Notes under the pieces: generated by a model
What the model saw: the letters and a program-made list of their open reading frames with translations, nothing else
The model's database searches: none
Told to the model about the DNA's origin: nothing
Position numbers and translations under genes: made by a program
Part shown: positions 24,405 to 37,392 of the stretch, one piece after another
Position numbering within the stretch: the first letter of the stretch is position 1
How the letters are laid out: each line of letters starts with the position of its first letter
Origin: Octopus sinensis
Lineage: Eukaryota
Direction of reading: 5' to 3'
DNA: 64,000 nt
Assembly (NCBI RefSeq): GCF_006345805.1
Contig: NC_042999.1
Coordinates: 89,094,001 to 89,158,000, forward strand

Positions 24405-24960
24405 GAGATGTGACAGCAAAGAAAAGCATACATTCACTCTCTGCATGCAATTAGACTCGGAAAGTTCGTGAGGAACCCATTGACCCAATTTGCTGACTTT
24501 TCCGATAGCACACAGGTCTCAATGAATGGTTGAATGACCAAATCCAAGCTTCTCTGCTAGTTCCTCAACAGTTACGATGAGTTGTTCCACCAGGGTTTTC
24601 AGGATGTCCTTGTCGAGTTCTACAGATCTTTCAGGATGAGGTCGTCTTCTAGGCTGTAGTTTATGGCTCGGAATTTCTGGAACCACCATTGACACGGCCT
24701 TACGCTTATTGTCCAATCCCCATATACTGCATTAATATTTCTTGTACTTTCCGTTGCGTTGTTGTCTTTATTGAACTCATAAAGCAAAATATGCCAAATA
24801 TGCTCCTTTGTTACTTCCAATATAGCTTTGAAAAAAATAGCTGTTAAAATCGAAATGCACTCTTCAAAACTTGCACTATGAATAAGAACAAGATAAAATT
24901 ACTACCTGCTTTTATAGCAAGTTAATATAAGTAGTTTATCCCATTCCCCTCTGACTTTTA
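24405..24960 (-). mobile_element. Mariner fragment (N-terminal HTH to WVPHEL)
   Basis: EHIWHILLYEFNK..NATESTRNINAVYG..WFQKFR..VEELAEKLG..STIH..LGQWVPHELS. Catalytic domain absent. Confidence 0.9.
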
Positions 24961-25910
24961 TTTCAAGCTGTTGAAAAAACCGCATTATTATATATATATA
25001 CATACATACATACATAATATACACACACACTCTCTCTCTCTCACACACATGCACACATTATATTCTGTTATTCTTTTATATGTTTCAGCCTTGAGGTTGT
25101 GGCCATGCTGGATCATGTGTGTGTGTGTGTGGTGTGTGTGTGATCTGTCTGTCTGTATGTATGTATATATGTATAGTATGTGTGTGAACAATAATATTTT
25201 CAACAGATGTGTTGCAAATGTATCTGATTGTTCTCAAGCTTCAATACTGTGTGTGTGTGTATGTGTGTGTGTGTGTATGTATGTATGTATATGTATGTAT
25301 GTATGTATATGTATGTATGTATGTATGTGTGTATGTATGTATGTGTGTATGTATGTATGTGTGTGTATGTGTGTGTGTATGTATGTATGTATGTATGTAT
25401 GTATGAGTGTATGTTTACTTTATTACTAACACAAGCCACTACGGTTATTTAATGTAAAGTCTTCCTCAAATCACTCTCTCTTGCTATTTACTCTCTTCCA
25501 AGAACATTTTCACTCACTCTTATGTCTTAGCTTCCACATACATTTTACTCATGTATCTATCAGCGTCATAGACAGAAACAAATATTACATCGCCATCGTC
25601 ACCGCATTCTATTGTCTACCTGTCAACACACTGAATTACTTTCACTTTATTCGTAGCACACTGTGTGTGTGCGTTTGCGTGTGCTGTAAACCAGACTAAG
25701 AAAAGCATTTGACATACACACCAGAATGTGAGTTTTCTGTAAATTTTGCTTAATTGGAGTTTAAATTTTAAAAACTGGACCTGGCATGACCCGATGCATT
25801 CTACTCTTAAAAATGCTAGGTAAATTGTAATTGAAGAAATCCTATATTGTAGATTTCTATAAGATACAAAGGGAGGCAGATAAAATCTGCCTTTTATAAT
25901 AAGAGATATA

Positions 25911-26840
25911 CGAGGGGTGTATGAAAAGTATTGAGCCTCAAAAAAAAAGACATGGTGCAAGACTTCTGATGATTATTTTTTAACATAGTTCCCCTCGATG
26001 GTTGAACACTTTATCCAGCGGTGCTGAAGTGCCATTATCCCGACGTAGAACTCTTTTGTTTCAGAGTCCAAGAAAATTCCTACAGCGTCTATGATGTCAT
26101 TGTCACTGACAAAATGGCGACCAGTCAGGGCTTTTCTCAGTTTTGGAAATAGTTGAAAGTCAGAGGGAGCTAAGTTTGGTGAATAAGGAGGATGGGGAAC
26201 AAGTTCGTATCCACAATCACGAATTATTGCCATGGCAACCATTGAGGCTTCAAATAGTTCCAGATTGCTCGTGGACAAAGTGCATCTGGTGCGTTTCTGT
26301 TCAGGAATCAAAAGAGGAGGGACCCACCTTGCAGAAACCTTTGAGAACCCAAGTTCTTTTGTCACAATCTTGTCTGCTCTTTGAGTAGAGATGCCGAGTC
26401 TCTGGGCTATCTGACGATATGATATTTGGCGAGTTTGCATTATCATACCAAGAGCAAGGTCAAAGTTGTCCTTGGTGGTTGCAGTTGGAGGTCTCCCTGG
26501 TCCGGGATCATCTTCCACACTCTCCCTGCCATGCTGGAATTCATTTACCCAGCGTTTGACCGTTGCATACGAAAGAGAATTGTTTGTTAAGGTGCTAACC
26601 ATATCTTCATGGATTTCTGATGAAGGTACTTTATGACAGCACGATACTCAGTTTTCTCTATTCTCCTTGTAAAATCGAAGCTTGTTTATTCAAAAATCTG
26701 CAACAAAAAAATAAAAATGTCAGAATCATAAAAATGAGCAAGAATACTCCAAAAGGGCTGAACTTACCAGAAAAAAGTTGTTTCAGCTATATAACAGATC
26801 CATTTCTAGATTAGGCTCAAAACTTTTCATACACCCCTCG
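25911..26840 (-). mobile_element. Internally deleted mariner with both TIRs and TA target duplication
   Basis: 28-bp TIRs CGAGGGGTGTATGAAAAGT(A/T)TTGAGCCT with one mismatch, flanked by TA on both sides; 930 bp. Confidence 0.95.
25973..26602 (-). pseudogene. Mariner transposase ORF lacking the central catalytic segment
   Basis: SYATVKRWVNEF..GRP..SARWVP..HPPYSPNLAPSDF..EGNYVKK in one frame. No GDETW or HDNA motifs. The natural N-terminus (EKTEYRAVIKYL) is in another frame. Confidence 0.9.
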
Positions 26841-26884
26841 TATATATGTATGTATGTATGTATATATGTATGTATGTATGCATG

Positions 26885-26966
<82 letters not shown>

Positions 26967-26970
26967 TATG

Positions 26971-27005
<35 letters not shown>

Positions 27006-27090
27006 GTGTATATGTATATATGTATGTATTATGTACCACAGCTCTGAGCTGAAACTAAAATGCAGCTATATACATACATATATACATACA

Positions 27091-27148
<58 letters not shown>

Positions 27149-28450
27149 CACTCACGCACACATATACTGCCGAGTTGCATAACCCTGTTATATACATCAC
27201 TAATCTTCTCCACTCACTTTGTTCTACTCCCCGTATCTACGTCATGTTATGTGTATATAACGTCATTAACAATATATTTAGAAAAATTATAACTAATTAT
27301 TTTAATGAACAAGCCGTGGGTTTGTTCTATACGCAATACACACCGTATTAATACAAGGCATACAAATAGAAATACATATATTCGTGGGAATACTGGCAAG
27401 CTAATATATTTTGTTGTTAATGCTTAACCCCCAGGTCAATCCTGATTGAGCTGACCTGTAATGAAAGACTTTCCAGTCGTGACCATACTGTATTTTCATA
27501 TAGCTAGCATTGCGTTGTACAATATAGTCTTTTTTTTTATTATGACAGTTAGTATGTGATTTTAGGGAAGACGGCTACTACTGTTAGCATTTCGAGTGAT
27601 CCAGTAAATCATCCATGTCTGAGTAGCTGGTCAAATGCACCATTTCAAGTGTTATTATTACATCTGTATTGTGTTCATTTGAAATTCACAAAACACTGTT
27701 TATCAGTCTTCAGTTAGTAAAAAAAAAATCTGTAAAATAAAGTGTTATTACAAATATCACAAAAGTTGACAGTTAGGTGCCATGACAGTGTTACATATAA
27801 AAATTGTTATATCAAATAAATTTTGAGACGTACGCATAATTTACATCATATAAACTCTGAGACACACACGCAAAATACACACACATTCATACATATACGC
27901 ACCTCCGTACAAATACTTGTCTTGTGGCGGATCCATATTTTTCAAGGTGATGGTGCAACGAAGAATTGGCTTTGCTTGGCAAACTGCTTTGAAACATGGT
28001 AAAAATATTACCTATTTTTGTGAAAGAATAGTTAGAAAACAGACCTTGATAATAGGAATACAGTCATCACAAAATTTCGAGAATGTGCATAAAATATTTC
28101 CCGGAATTCAAGTGTCTGTTCATAGCTTGCTCTGTTTCAGTTGGAACATAAGTTGCGTGAATTGCTTAAAATTTCACGATCAGAAATATCCATCAATGAT
28201 AGTTTTAAGTTTTTAATTTCAAAGTGTAATAACTAAATGATAACTTTTACGTTTTTTCAAACGTAATTAACATAGTAAATCGAATAGATTCTGCCGGAAA
28301 TCGAATCGCAATTACGGACATTGTTCGTAGGGAATTAATCTCTTTTTCAAAGGCGCTCGTCATTTTAATTAAATATTATATGAGTCCCTCCAAAGAACAC
28401 ACACCAATCGTTAACTATAAGTTACAATGCAGAGTGCCCTATTCTCCTAC

Positions 28451-28612
28451 TTTGATGCCAGCAAACAACTGTTGAATTATTCGATTCAATCCGCATTGAC
28501 TCAGATACACATTGCTTCTTCTCTACTGCCAGTGTTACAACTTCTGAACCATAATTACCATCACCAGCTAGTTCACAGGACACAGTCATCTCTCTTCTTC
28601 CTATTATCACTA
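28451..28612 (-). other. Candidate isolated host exon (unconfirmed)
   Basis: TTTTACACAG acceptor, 162-nt open frame (VIIGRREMTVSCELAGDGNYGSEVVTLAV..VVCWHQ), A|GTAGGA donor, symmetric phase 1-1. No homology recognised. Confidence 0.2.
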
Positions 28613-29499
28613 CTGTGTAAAATATCCCGTTCCTAGGCGTGGGTTAGCTAAAAGTTTAATTAGTAGCATCACTCATAATGTCATTCCAGTATTAATAGCA
28701 GCAACGACCTCAATAACAAAACCACCTACACCACGACTATGACCATGATCACCACCACCACCACCGACAACAACAACAATATTACAGACAACGACAACAC
28801 CACAAGTATTGCTAGAAATCGGATATTCCATTCAACTTTAGCTTTTTCCCCCATAAATTCTCACTAATAACAAGAATATGCTATCTGCGTTTTCTTCTAA
28901 TTATTTCTGTTAAAACCCGTTTAACAAAATATATAAAATTATGCGTCAGGAGTAAGTTTACATATATCCTCCATCATCTAATAATATTACTGCATTAAAC
29001 CTTCAATTCTGAAGTATCATGATTCTATGAAGGAAAGAAAATAGTTTGGTTTTAGGAAGAAAAAATTTATAATATATTTTGATTTATCATACATAAGAGG
29101 CAACGTCCTTTGGATTTTGAAGAAAAAATGGTTATTAATGTAACCTTGATTAGGAATTCATGATCTAACAGAACAGATTATCTTGATAATGTGAGAAATT
29201 TGACAGAAACTACGTTACTGGTAAGTATGTGTGGGGGGTAAAATCACACAATCTATCATACAGTCACTAGTGTATCATATAAATGTTTGGGTCATGATCC
29301 TGTTAAATAACAGAAAATAATAGTTACTTGAGGTCTCTGGATGAGATTTGGAAGAGCTCGTATAAAACAAAGCAATAACCTAACTAATAAAAATTATTGA
29401 AGGTTTTGAGGAGAAGGGTTTGTCGATTAAGTCAATTGATACTTATTTAATCGAGCTTGCTTACCAAAAGCTACCAGGCTAACGTTCTTCAAAACGGTT

Positions 29500-30240
29500 C
29501 TGACCCTAAATGAAGATTCTGCGATAAATTTGATGAAACAATAGACCATCTTATCTCGGGTTGCCCTGTGCTGACACAAAACGAATACAAAAATCGCCAC
29601 GGTAGGGTAGGACAGTATTTACATTGGAAAATATGTAAACACTACAAAATCAGCACTCCTGCTTACTAGTATTAACATCATCCTGAGCCAGTCGTTGAAG
29701 GTAAAAAATGTCACTATCCTCTGGGAATTTCCAGTCAACACCGACAAAACGATCCAGTCCAATCGACCAGTCATTGAAGACAGAGAAGAAAATATTTGTA
29801 GACTAATAGATGTAAGCATTCCCATTGATAAAAATATATCTGTAAGGAATTTGACAAATTAAGTAAATATATGAGCCTGGAAATTGAAATACAAAAGATG
29901 TGGCACCTTAAAGCGAGAACTGTTCTGGTTATTGTGGGTGCCCTAGGTATGATAATATAGGGATGTCAGAAACATGTAGATAATATCCCAGGAGAACCAT
30001 GTCTCATAAAAATCCAAAAGGTTGTGCTGAAAAGTACTACCCACATTCTTAGTAAAACCCTATCAATTTAAATGTCTGTGTTGTTTAGATGAAGATATTT
30101 CGTTACTGCTCTTGTCACTTTCCCTCCCCAAGCTTCAAGCCATACGGTAACAGTTCTTATCTTTTACTTGCCCTAGGACGCTAGGTGTGTCTCGGGGAGT
30201 GATTGTAACAAGCATGGAGATTAAAAGTAAACAACAATAA
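29500..30240 (+). mobile_element. R4/Dong-type LINE 3' fragment with short (AAC/AAT)n tail
   Basis: ETIDHLISGCPVLTQNEYKNRHGRVGQYLHWKIC, TILWEFPVNTDKTIQSNRP, VIVGALG, STTHILSKTLSI*, then 3' UTR. Confidence 0.9.
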
Positions 30241-30319
30241 TAATGACGACGACGACGACGACGGGAATGTGAAACTCCGAGTAACAGGTTTTGTTGAATT
30301 TCTGCTGTTTTTAAATAAA

Positions 30320-30377
<58 letters not shown>

Positions 30378-30435
30378 CATATACATACATATACATATAT
30401 ACATGTATATGTATGTATGAATTTATGTATGTATG

Positions 30436-30469
<34 letters not shown>

Positions 30470-30519
30470 TGTATGTATGTATGTATGTATGTATGTATGT
30501 ATGTATGTATGTATGTATG

Positions 30520-31515
30520 TAGGATAGCATCATAGTCAACTGCTACAAAGGCAAAAGCGACGCCTTATACAGGAATAATTACAGAGGCATCAAACTGCTG
30601 GATCAGGTGATGAGATTCACAGAAAGGTTCATAGCTCAATTAATTAGAGAGCGAATTATTGTAGATGAAATGCAATTCGGATTTCTACTAGACAGGAGTG
30701 CGACTGATGCTATATTCCTGGTTAGGCAACTTCAGGAGAAACATCTAGCCAAAAATAAACACCTGTACCTAGCTTTTGTCGACATGGAGAAACCATTTGA
30801 CAGAGTCTCCCCACTCCCTTTTCTGGTGGTCACTTCGAAAGCTAAAGATGGATGAGTGGTTGATGACAGTTGTACAAGCCACGTGCAGGGATGCTGCCAG
30901 TAAGGTGAAGGTTAGCAACGAGTATAGCGAGGAATTCAGGGTACAAGTAGGGGTTCACCAACGATCAGTCTTCAGCACCCTCTTATTTATCAAAGTCCTC
31001 CAGGCAATAACAAAGGAATAAGATGGGCTGACACTGAGAGCTCCCCTATGCTGGTGACCTTGTTCTTATAGCCCAATCACTACCAGAACTAGAGAAGAAA
31101 TTTCAGACGTGGAAACAAGATCTAGAATCAAAGGGCCTTGGAACTGATCTAACAGAAACCAAAGTACTAGTAAGTAGGAGAGCAGACAAACCACAAATCC
31201 CTTCAGGTAGTTGGCCCTGCTCGATCTGTAGAAAAGGCGTAAGTCGTAACTCCATAAGATGTACCCGGTGTAAGCTATGGACACATAAGTGGTGCCGCAA
31301 TATCGGAGGACGGTTAACAGAAAAAATAATTTGTGTGTGTGGAAGGTGCACAGGAAAAATTAACTCTAAAAATGTACAGAAAACAGACTCCATCAAATGC
31401 CAGGAGGAACAGCTAGATGTTGTTGGTAGCTTCCGTTACCTGAGTGACCAAGTCAGTAGTGAAGTGGATGCTCCAAGAGCGTAACTGCAAAAGTAAGAAT
31501 AGTCTAGGCAAAGTT
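30520..31515 (+). mobile_element. RTE-clade LINE RT fragment with embedded PHD-like finger
   Basis: NNYRGIKLL, EMQFGF, DAIFLVRQLQEK, AFVDMEKPFDRV, GVHQRSVFS, LPYAGDL, C4HC3 finger at 31212-31349, FRYL. Frameshifted. Confidence 0.92.
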
Positions 31516-31627
31516 CAGAGAGCTCCTACCTCTAATGTATATATATCTACCTACCTATATATATATAAATATTATATATACGTACATGTACGGATGCACA
31601 AGTATACGCGTGTGTGTGAGTGTGTAT

Positions 31628-31678
<51 letters not shown>

Positions 31679-31694
31679 CTTTATCTTTTACTTA

Positions 31695-32005
31695 TTTTTG
31701 TTTTTAAGCCTGGTACTTACTCAGTCGAACCTTTTTACCGAACCGTTGGTGTATTACAGAGATGTTAATACACCAACACTAGTTGTCAAGCGGAGGCCGG
31801 AGACACATACACATACAAACACGCAAACACACAGAGACATACACACATATGTGCACGACGGGCTTCATTTAGTTTCCGCCTACCAAATCCACTCATAAGG
31901 CTTTGGTTGGCCCGGGGCTTACAGTAGAAGACTCATGCCCAAGGTACCAGGCAGTTAGACTGAACCCGGAGCCATGTGGTTGGGAAGTAAGCGTCTTATC
32001 ATAGT
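31695..32005 (-). mobile_element. SINE family A
   Basis: Colinear with 1075-1474. Confidence 0.8.
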
Positions 32006-32449
32006 AGGCATCTATGAGAGATATCAGTCAAGGCAGACAGGTACACTTGAATAGAGGAGTTTTTTTATGTTGTTTAGCCCCAGCTGAACTCTGATGGAGC
32101 AAACTATGATCAAAGGTGTTCCACCCGTTACCACCCAGTGCATATTGCTACATTTACCAACGGGTCCGCCCATTTATTGAGAAGATAGTGTGTGACTGAA
32201 AGTAACGTGGCTGCTATTTCTAGAAATTTGAGTAAACGCGTAAGGATTTCATAGAAGAGAAACGGAAAGTAAATTTAAATTAGATAATGTGAATAACCAG
32301 CAGCATAAAAAAGCATGTAATTAGAATCAAGTGCAGTGAATCCAGTAGAGATTCTACACGCTCATGTCAGAACTGTGGAAGGAAAGTAGTAACAAGGGAA
32401 TAAAGAAGAAGACAGAGCAAATTGCCGAATCAAAACATTGCGTTATCTA

Positions 32450-32505
32450 GTTTTAGTTAGGTTTATATATAAATCCAAAATGCTCTTTTCATAATAATAA
32501 TAATG

Positions 32506-32563
<58 letters not shown>

Positions 32564-32610
32564 TAATAATAATAACAACAATAATAATAATATATAATAA
32601 TAAAAATAAT
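32450..32610. repeat. (AAT)n microsatellite abutting the 3' end of the Tx1-type fragment
   Basis: Seen directly in the sequence. Confidence 0.9.
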
Positions 32611-32614
32611 TTCA

Positions 32615-33560
32615 CTTATTTGCCACAATGGTGAAGGATGAGGGGACAATACAGAGACAGACTTAAAGTGTGGTGGGGTTTACATATAATAATGAGATAA
32701 TGAAAAAAAGTACACACGGTATACACTGGAAAAGAAGGGACATATGCACAGCATACGAAGGTAAAAAAAAAAAAACTTCCGGTTCCACTGCCAGGCCAGA
32801 GATTTTTGGAAATTATCCATTGGTCCTGGCCCGAAAGTTCTACGGAAAGAGCGACTGGCTGATCTTCGACGCCGAAAGTCTCTCCAAAAATGTCGTCGCA
32901 CTTTTCTTCCACAAATCCTTTATAAAAATCTCAAGTGCACGTTCCACCTATCGCACTGTCCGATTGGTTGAGGGCTGTAAGAGTTTGAAGACATTCCACT
33001 TTCCAAATGCTCCCACTCGGTCTCTGTTTTACCCAGGACTGCAGTTAAAGAAATTAGCTGCGGAAATGTGTCTGGCGAACGGCCACCACACCTGTTCACC
33101 GTCAAGAAAACACTGGAGATGTCGTAGCCTCAGCGCATGTCTATACATCATCAACCACAGCATGCCCAGGCACATAGACCGCCTGACCATCGCGACGCGT
33201 CCCTTCCACAAGAAGCGGAAGAGTATACGCTCCTGCGTAATCAGACGGTGGCCAAGACAAGGCACGACGGTCAAGCGATAGTAGATGACGGACGCAATAT
33301 GCGCATTAACCACCTCTGCCCAATCTTTCAAGGATAGCTTTCTCTCGGTCCATTTCTGGTGAGAGTAATCATCCTGCTCGTTTCCTCGTCCATTTTTTTG
33401 TCCATCTGGTAGTCCAGACCGAACTAGACCCTGATCAATTTAACCGGTCCGTCCGTTCAGCGCCCAACGACGCGGTTGGGCAGCATGGACTTGTTTCTCA
33501 AGGTGCCGAGCTGCAAATCCAATGATTTCTCCTGGTTAAGTGTCGCTCCTGAAACCGCCT
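32615..33560 (-). mobile_element. Tx1/L1-clade LINE 3' fragment
   Basis: GPVKLIRV*FG.DYQMDK.W, AEVVNAHIASVIYYRLTVVPC, ERILFRFLWKGRVAMVRRS, RHALRLRHL. Probably the same family as 63165-64000. Confidence 0.85.
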
Positions 33561-34005
33561 CGTGTTGGCCAACTCGATTTTGCCTGGTTTTATATTCTGT
33601 AGGGGCTACGACTGAGTAACCGGCAACAATGTGGTCAATACTCTCAAGTTTGTCATTGCAGAGTCTACACATTGTGTCTACCTCTTTGTGTGTGACATTA
33701 GCTAGATAGTTCCGAGTGAGGAGACTCTAGCCTTGTGCCACTAGGATAAATCCTTCTATTTCGGCTTTTAAACCAACACGTTTCAGCCACTGATGGGTTC
33801 TATATCATCTTCCCCAGCTCGTTTTTGTATTGCCCAAACAATGATTTCCCACAGTCTCGATATTTCTTTCAAGCTTTCTTGTTTGGCTTTTGTCTTCTAC
33901 TTTTTTGTTGCCTTAATGGGTGGTGTGTACTTCTTATCATCAGCATAATCAGAGAGGTTAAGCTCTCGTCTGTATTTTTATACCTCCTTTGAGATTGAGT
34001 AAAGT
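33560..34005 (-). mobile_element. R4/Dong-type fragment, paralogue of 21935-22520, cut by the Tx1-type fragment
   Basis: MCRLCNDKLESIDHIVAG..TEYKTRQNRVGQ, then an abrupt switch to Tx1-type sequence. Confidence 0.85.
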
Positions 34006-34436
34006 TTCTTACTCTGTTCGCATTGCCAATTTTATCATCCAGTCGGTGTTACTTTGAACGTACACTTGGAATCCTATCATGGTCGTTTTAAAGGACATTC
34101 AAGCTGGATTAAACATTCCATTCGTGGGAGATAGAGCCTGTAGCGTCTAATTTTAGGTAATTGCATCCTGTTTAATATCAGTAGCTTCCTGGTCTTTATG
34201 TTCATACACTGGAAATCACTGAGATTCAAATTCATCATCATCATTATTTTTTTTGTTGTTGATATTATTATTATTATTATTATATTATTATTATTATTAT
34301 TATTATTATTACGCTAGCAGTGATCGCAAAATTGCTTCTAAAGCCCTTAACATTAATTCACGATAAGATTTGAATGTCTGTAAATGTTGTTGTTGCTTAC
34401 CTTTTCCTTGCGAATATTTAAATCAATCAATTAAAA

Positions 34437-34845
34437 TGGCGACGAGCTGGCAGAGTCGTTAGCACGCTGGGCAAAATGCTTAGTGGTATTTCGCCCGCCG
34501 CTACATTCTAAGTTCAAATTCCGCCGAGGTCGACTTTGCCTTTCATCCTTTCGGGGTCGATAAATTAAGTACCAGTTACGCACTGGGGTCAATATAATTG
34601 ACTTGATCCGTATGTCTGTCCTTGTTTGTCCTCTCTGTCTTTAGCCCCTTGTGGGTAGTAAAGACATAGGTATTTCCTCTGCCGCTACGTTCTGAGTTCA
34701 AATTCCGCCGAAGTCGACTTTGCCTTTCATCCTTTCGGGGTCGATAAATTAAGTACTAGTTACGCACTGGGATCGATGTAATCGACTTAATGTCCTTGCT
34801 TGTCCCCTCTGTGTTTAGCCCCTTGTGGGCAATAAAGAAATAGGA
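34437..34845 (+). mobile_element. SINE family B (Nin/Deu-like core), internally dimeric
   Basis: Head GGCGACGAGCTGGCAGAGTCGTTAGC; the unit GTTCAAATTCCGCCGAGGTCGACTTTGCCTTTCATCCTTTCGGGGTCGATAAATTAAGTAC occurs twice about 180 bp apart. Confidence 0.85.
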
Positions 34846-35352
34846 ATATTTAAATCAATCCTCGTCCAGTATATCTGCATACAAAAGTGTTGTAAATTAA
34901 CTTGACACACATACACTACCAAATCTTTCCTTCAGCTTGAACGCATACTAAACACCTGATCCAAACTAAACACTTACGCAAACTAAACACCTTACCACAC
35001 AACCTAAAAATGTTCTCATGCGACTGAATATTTCATCACTTTACAAAGTAAACATCAGACTGCAACGAGAACACGATATTCTAGTCTCTTCAAACACAAT
35101 TATTACACACATCAAATAAACAACCACAACTTTAAAACCTTTAAATTTGCTAGAAGTACTTGTCCTCACACTTTCTGATGATTCCTTGTAGCATATATTT
35201 CCCATATATTCCCCACAGTTGCTGATACTCTTCAAAGCGCAAAAAGAGTATTGTTTACATATTTGTAAGGCGGTCTCATACACACACTCACGCACACACA
35301 CGCACACACACACTCACGCACACACACGCACACACACACGCACACACACACG

Positions 35353-35406
<54 letters not shown>

Positions 35407-35759
35407 CACGCGCGCACATGCAGACACGCACACATTTACAGTCTCCACAAACACACCAGCCACAGAAAAATAAATTAAACAATGACCCGGAAACTTAAAA
35501 ATCAAAATATTACTCACGTGGTAACCCTTGCTTAAAAGACACGCTTTTTCTTCTGTTATGATTATTACAACCTGCCAAAGTCAACTTTAGTTTTCATCCG
35601 TAAAATAAAATATTACTGAAGAATTGGGGCCCATTTAATCAACCAATCATTCCAAAGATTTTGGTCTTGTATTTCACGTTAGAAATGATTATTACTGCTA
35701 GTGTTACCGTTCTTCGAACAAGTTAAATACACAACCATTGTACCCAGCTCATCCTAGTT

Positions 35760-35764
35760 GTAGC

Positions 35765-35807
<43 letters not shown>

Positions 35808-35878
35808 CTTCTTCTTCTTCTTCTTCTTCTTCTTCTTCTTCTTCTTCTTCTTCTTCTTCTTCTTCTTCTTCTTCATCG
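35760..35878. repeat. (GTT)n(CTT)n compound trinucleotide repeat
   Basis: Seen directly in the sequence. Confidence 0.95.
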
Positions 35879-36670
35879 TCATCCTCCTACCGCTCGTCCT
35901 CCATTTTCTTCTAAACCATTCGCCGTATCTATGCCGTGTCCAGTTATCACACACCCTACTAATATCACTGTTGCTCAATCCTTCCTCCCCCAGAACTGTA
36001 ACTCACTAGTGTTATTCCTTCAAGTTCGTCTTTTCTGCACTTAATTCAACGTACACATGTTCAATCTAAGCCTCAACCGCATTAATCTCATTGGTCTGGG
36101 AGAGTCTATAAAGTTTACGAGTACTATTTTTGCCCCGCTTTGCCAAACTTTTGAGCATGCACACCTCTCCACATACACACAAACACTTACCCACACACAT
36201 TCATGCTTCGATATTCTATTTAAATTTGTGATTTTATGAGTAAATATTATTACTGTATGTCTAAATATTGTGTTAGTATTTTGTGAGTAAATATTGTAAA
36301 TATTGTATGTGTAAATATTTTGTTTGAATAGGTCACTGTGAGTGGAATGGAAAATTCCCTTTATGTGAGATGTCTTCCATCTGAGACATTTCAAGTCCTG
36401 CCAGTTCAGTTGAACAGCTATGATGATACACTCTGCCTCCTTGTCCTGTATATCAACTGAACGGGAAGGCCTGTGTGTATGAGATAAAATAGGTTCAACC
36501 GAACTAAATAAAAGGAGACAGAGATAGTTTAAATGCAGTTTTCTCTCTCTCTCCCTTTCTCGCTCTCTCTCTCTCGTTCACTCTCTCACTCTCTCTCTCT
36601 CTTGCACACTCTCTCGCGCTCTCTCTCGCGCTCTCTCTCGCGCTCTCTCTATCTTTCTTTCTTTCTATCA

Positions 36671-36812
<142 letters not shown>

Positions 36813-36959
36813 ATACACACACACACACACTAACACACACACATATATATATATATATCAACAGATAGATAGATACATACATACATACATACATACATAC
36901 ATACATAAAACTTGCAAGAGGAAGCTTGGCGTTCAATTACATAATTGTATACATAATAC

Positions 36960-37055
36960 ATCTCTCCTTTTTTTCTCTCCTTGTTTTCTGTGTCCCTTTC
37001 TGTAGAAGAGCGTAGGCTCGAAACGTAAAAGGCGTTTTCTATTCCTGAGCGTTAT
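36960..37055 (+). repeat. Short fragment of the PLE terminal repeat seen at 59105-59270, including the atypical hammerhead
   Basis: CCTTTCTGTAGAAGAGCGTAGGCTCGAAACGTAAAAG versus CCTTTCTGTCGTAGAGCATAGGCTTGAAACGTAAAAG. Confidence 0.75.
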
Positions 37056-37169
37056 ATATATATATATATAAATTCTCCATTATATATATGTATGTATGTG
37101 TCTATCTATCTACCTATCTACCTATCTACCAATCTATCTATATATAGTGTGTATGTGTGAGTGTGTGTG

Positions 37170-37232
<63 letters not shown>

Positions 37233-37392
37233 GACACCTATAATATATACACATGCTTATATGAATATATGTAATATATATATATATGTGTGTGTATGTA
37301 AATATGATGATGATGATGATGATGATGATGCTGCTGCTGCTGCTGCTGATGATAATAATAATTATAATAATAATAATAATAATATAATAATA

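Noticed and set aside
36404-36462. 10-bp hairpin GTTCAGTTGA/TCAACTGAAC enclosing ATGATGA
   Set aside because: Too short for a C/D snoRNA, the stem is too short for a pre-miRNA, and there is no SECIS AA loop.
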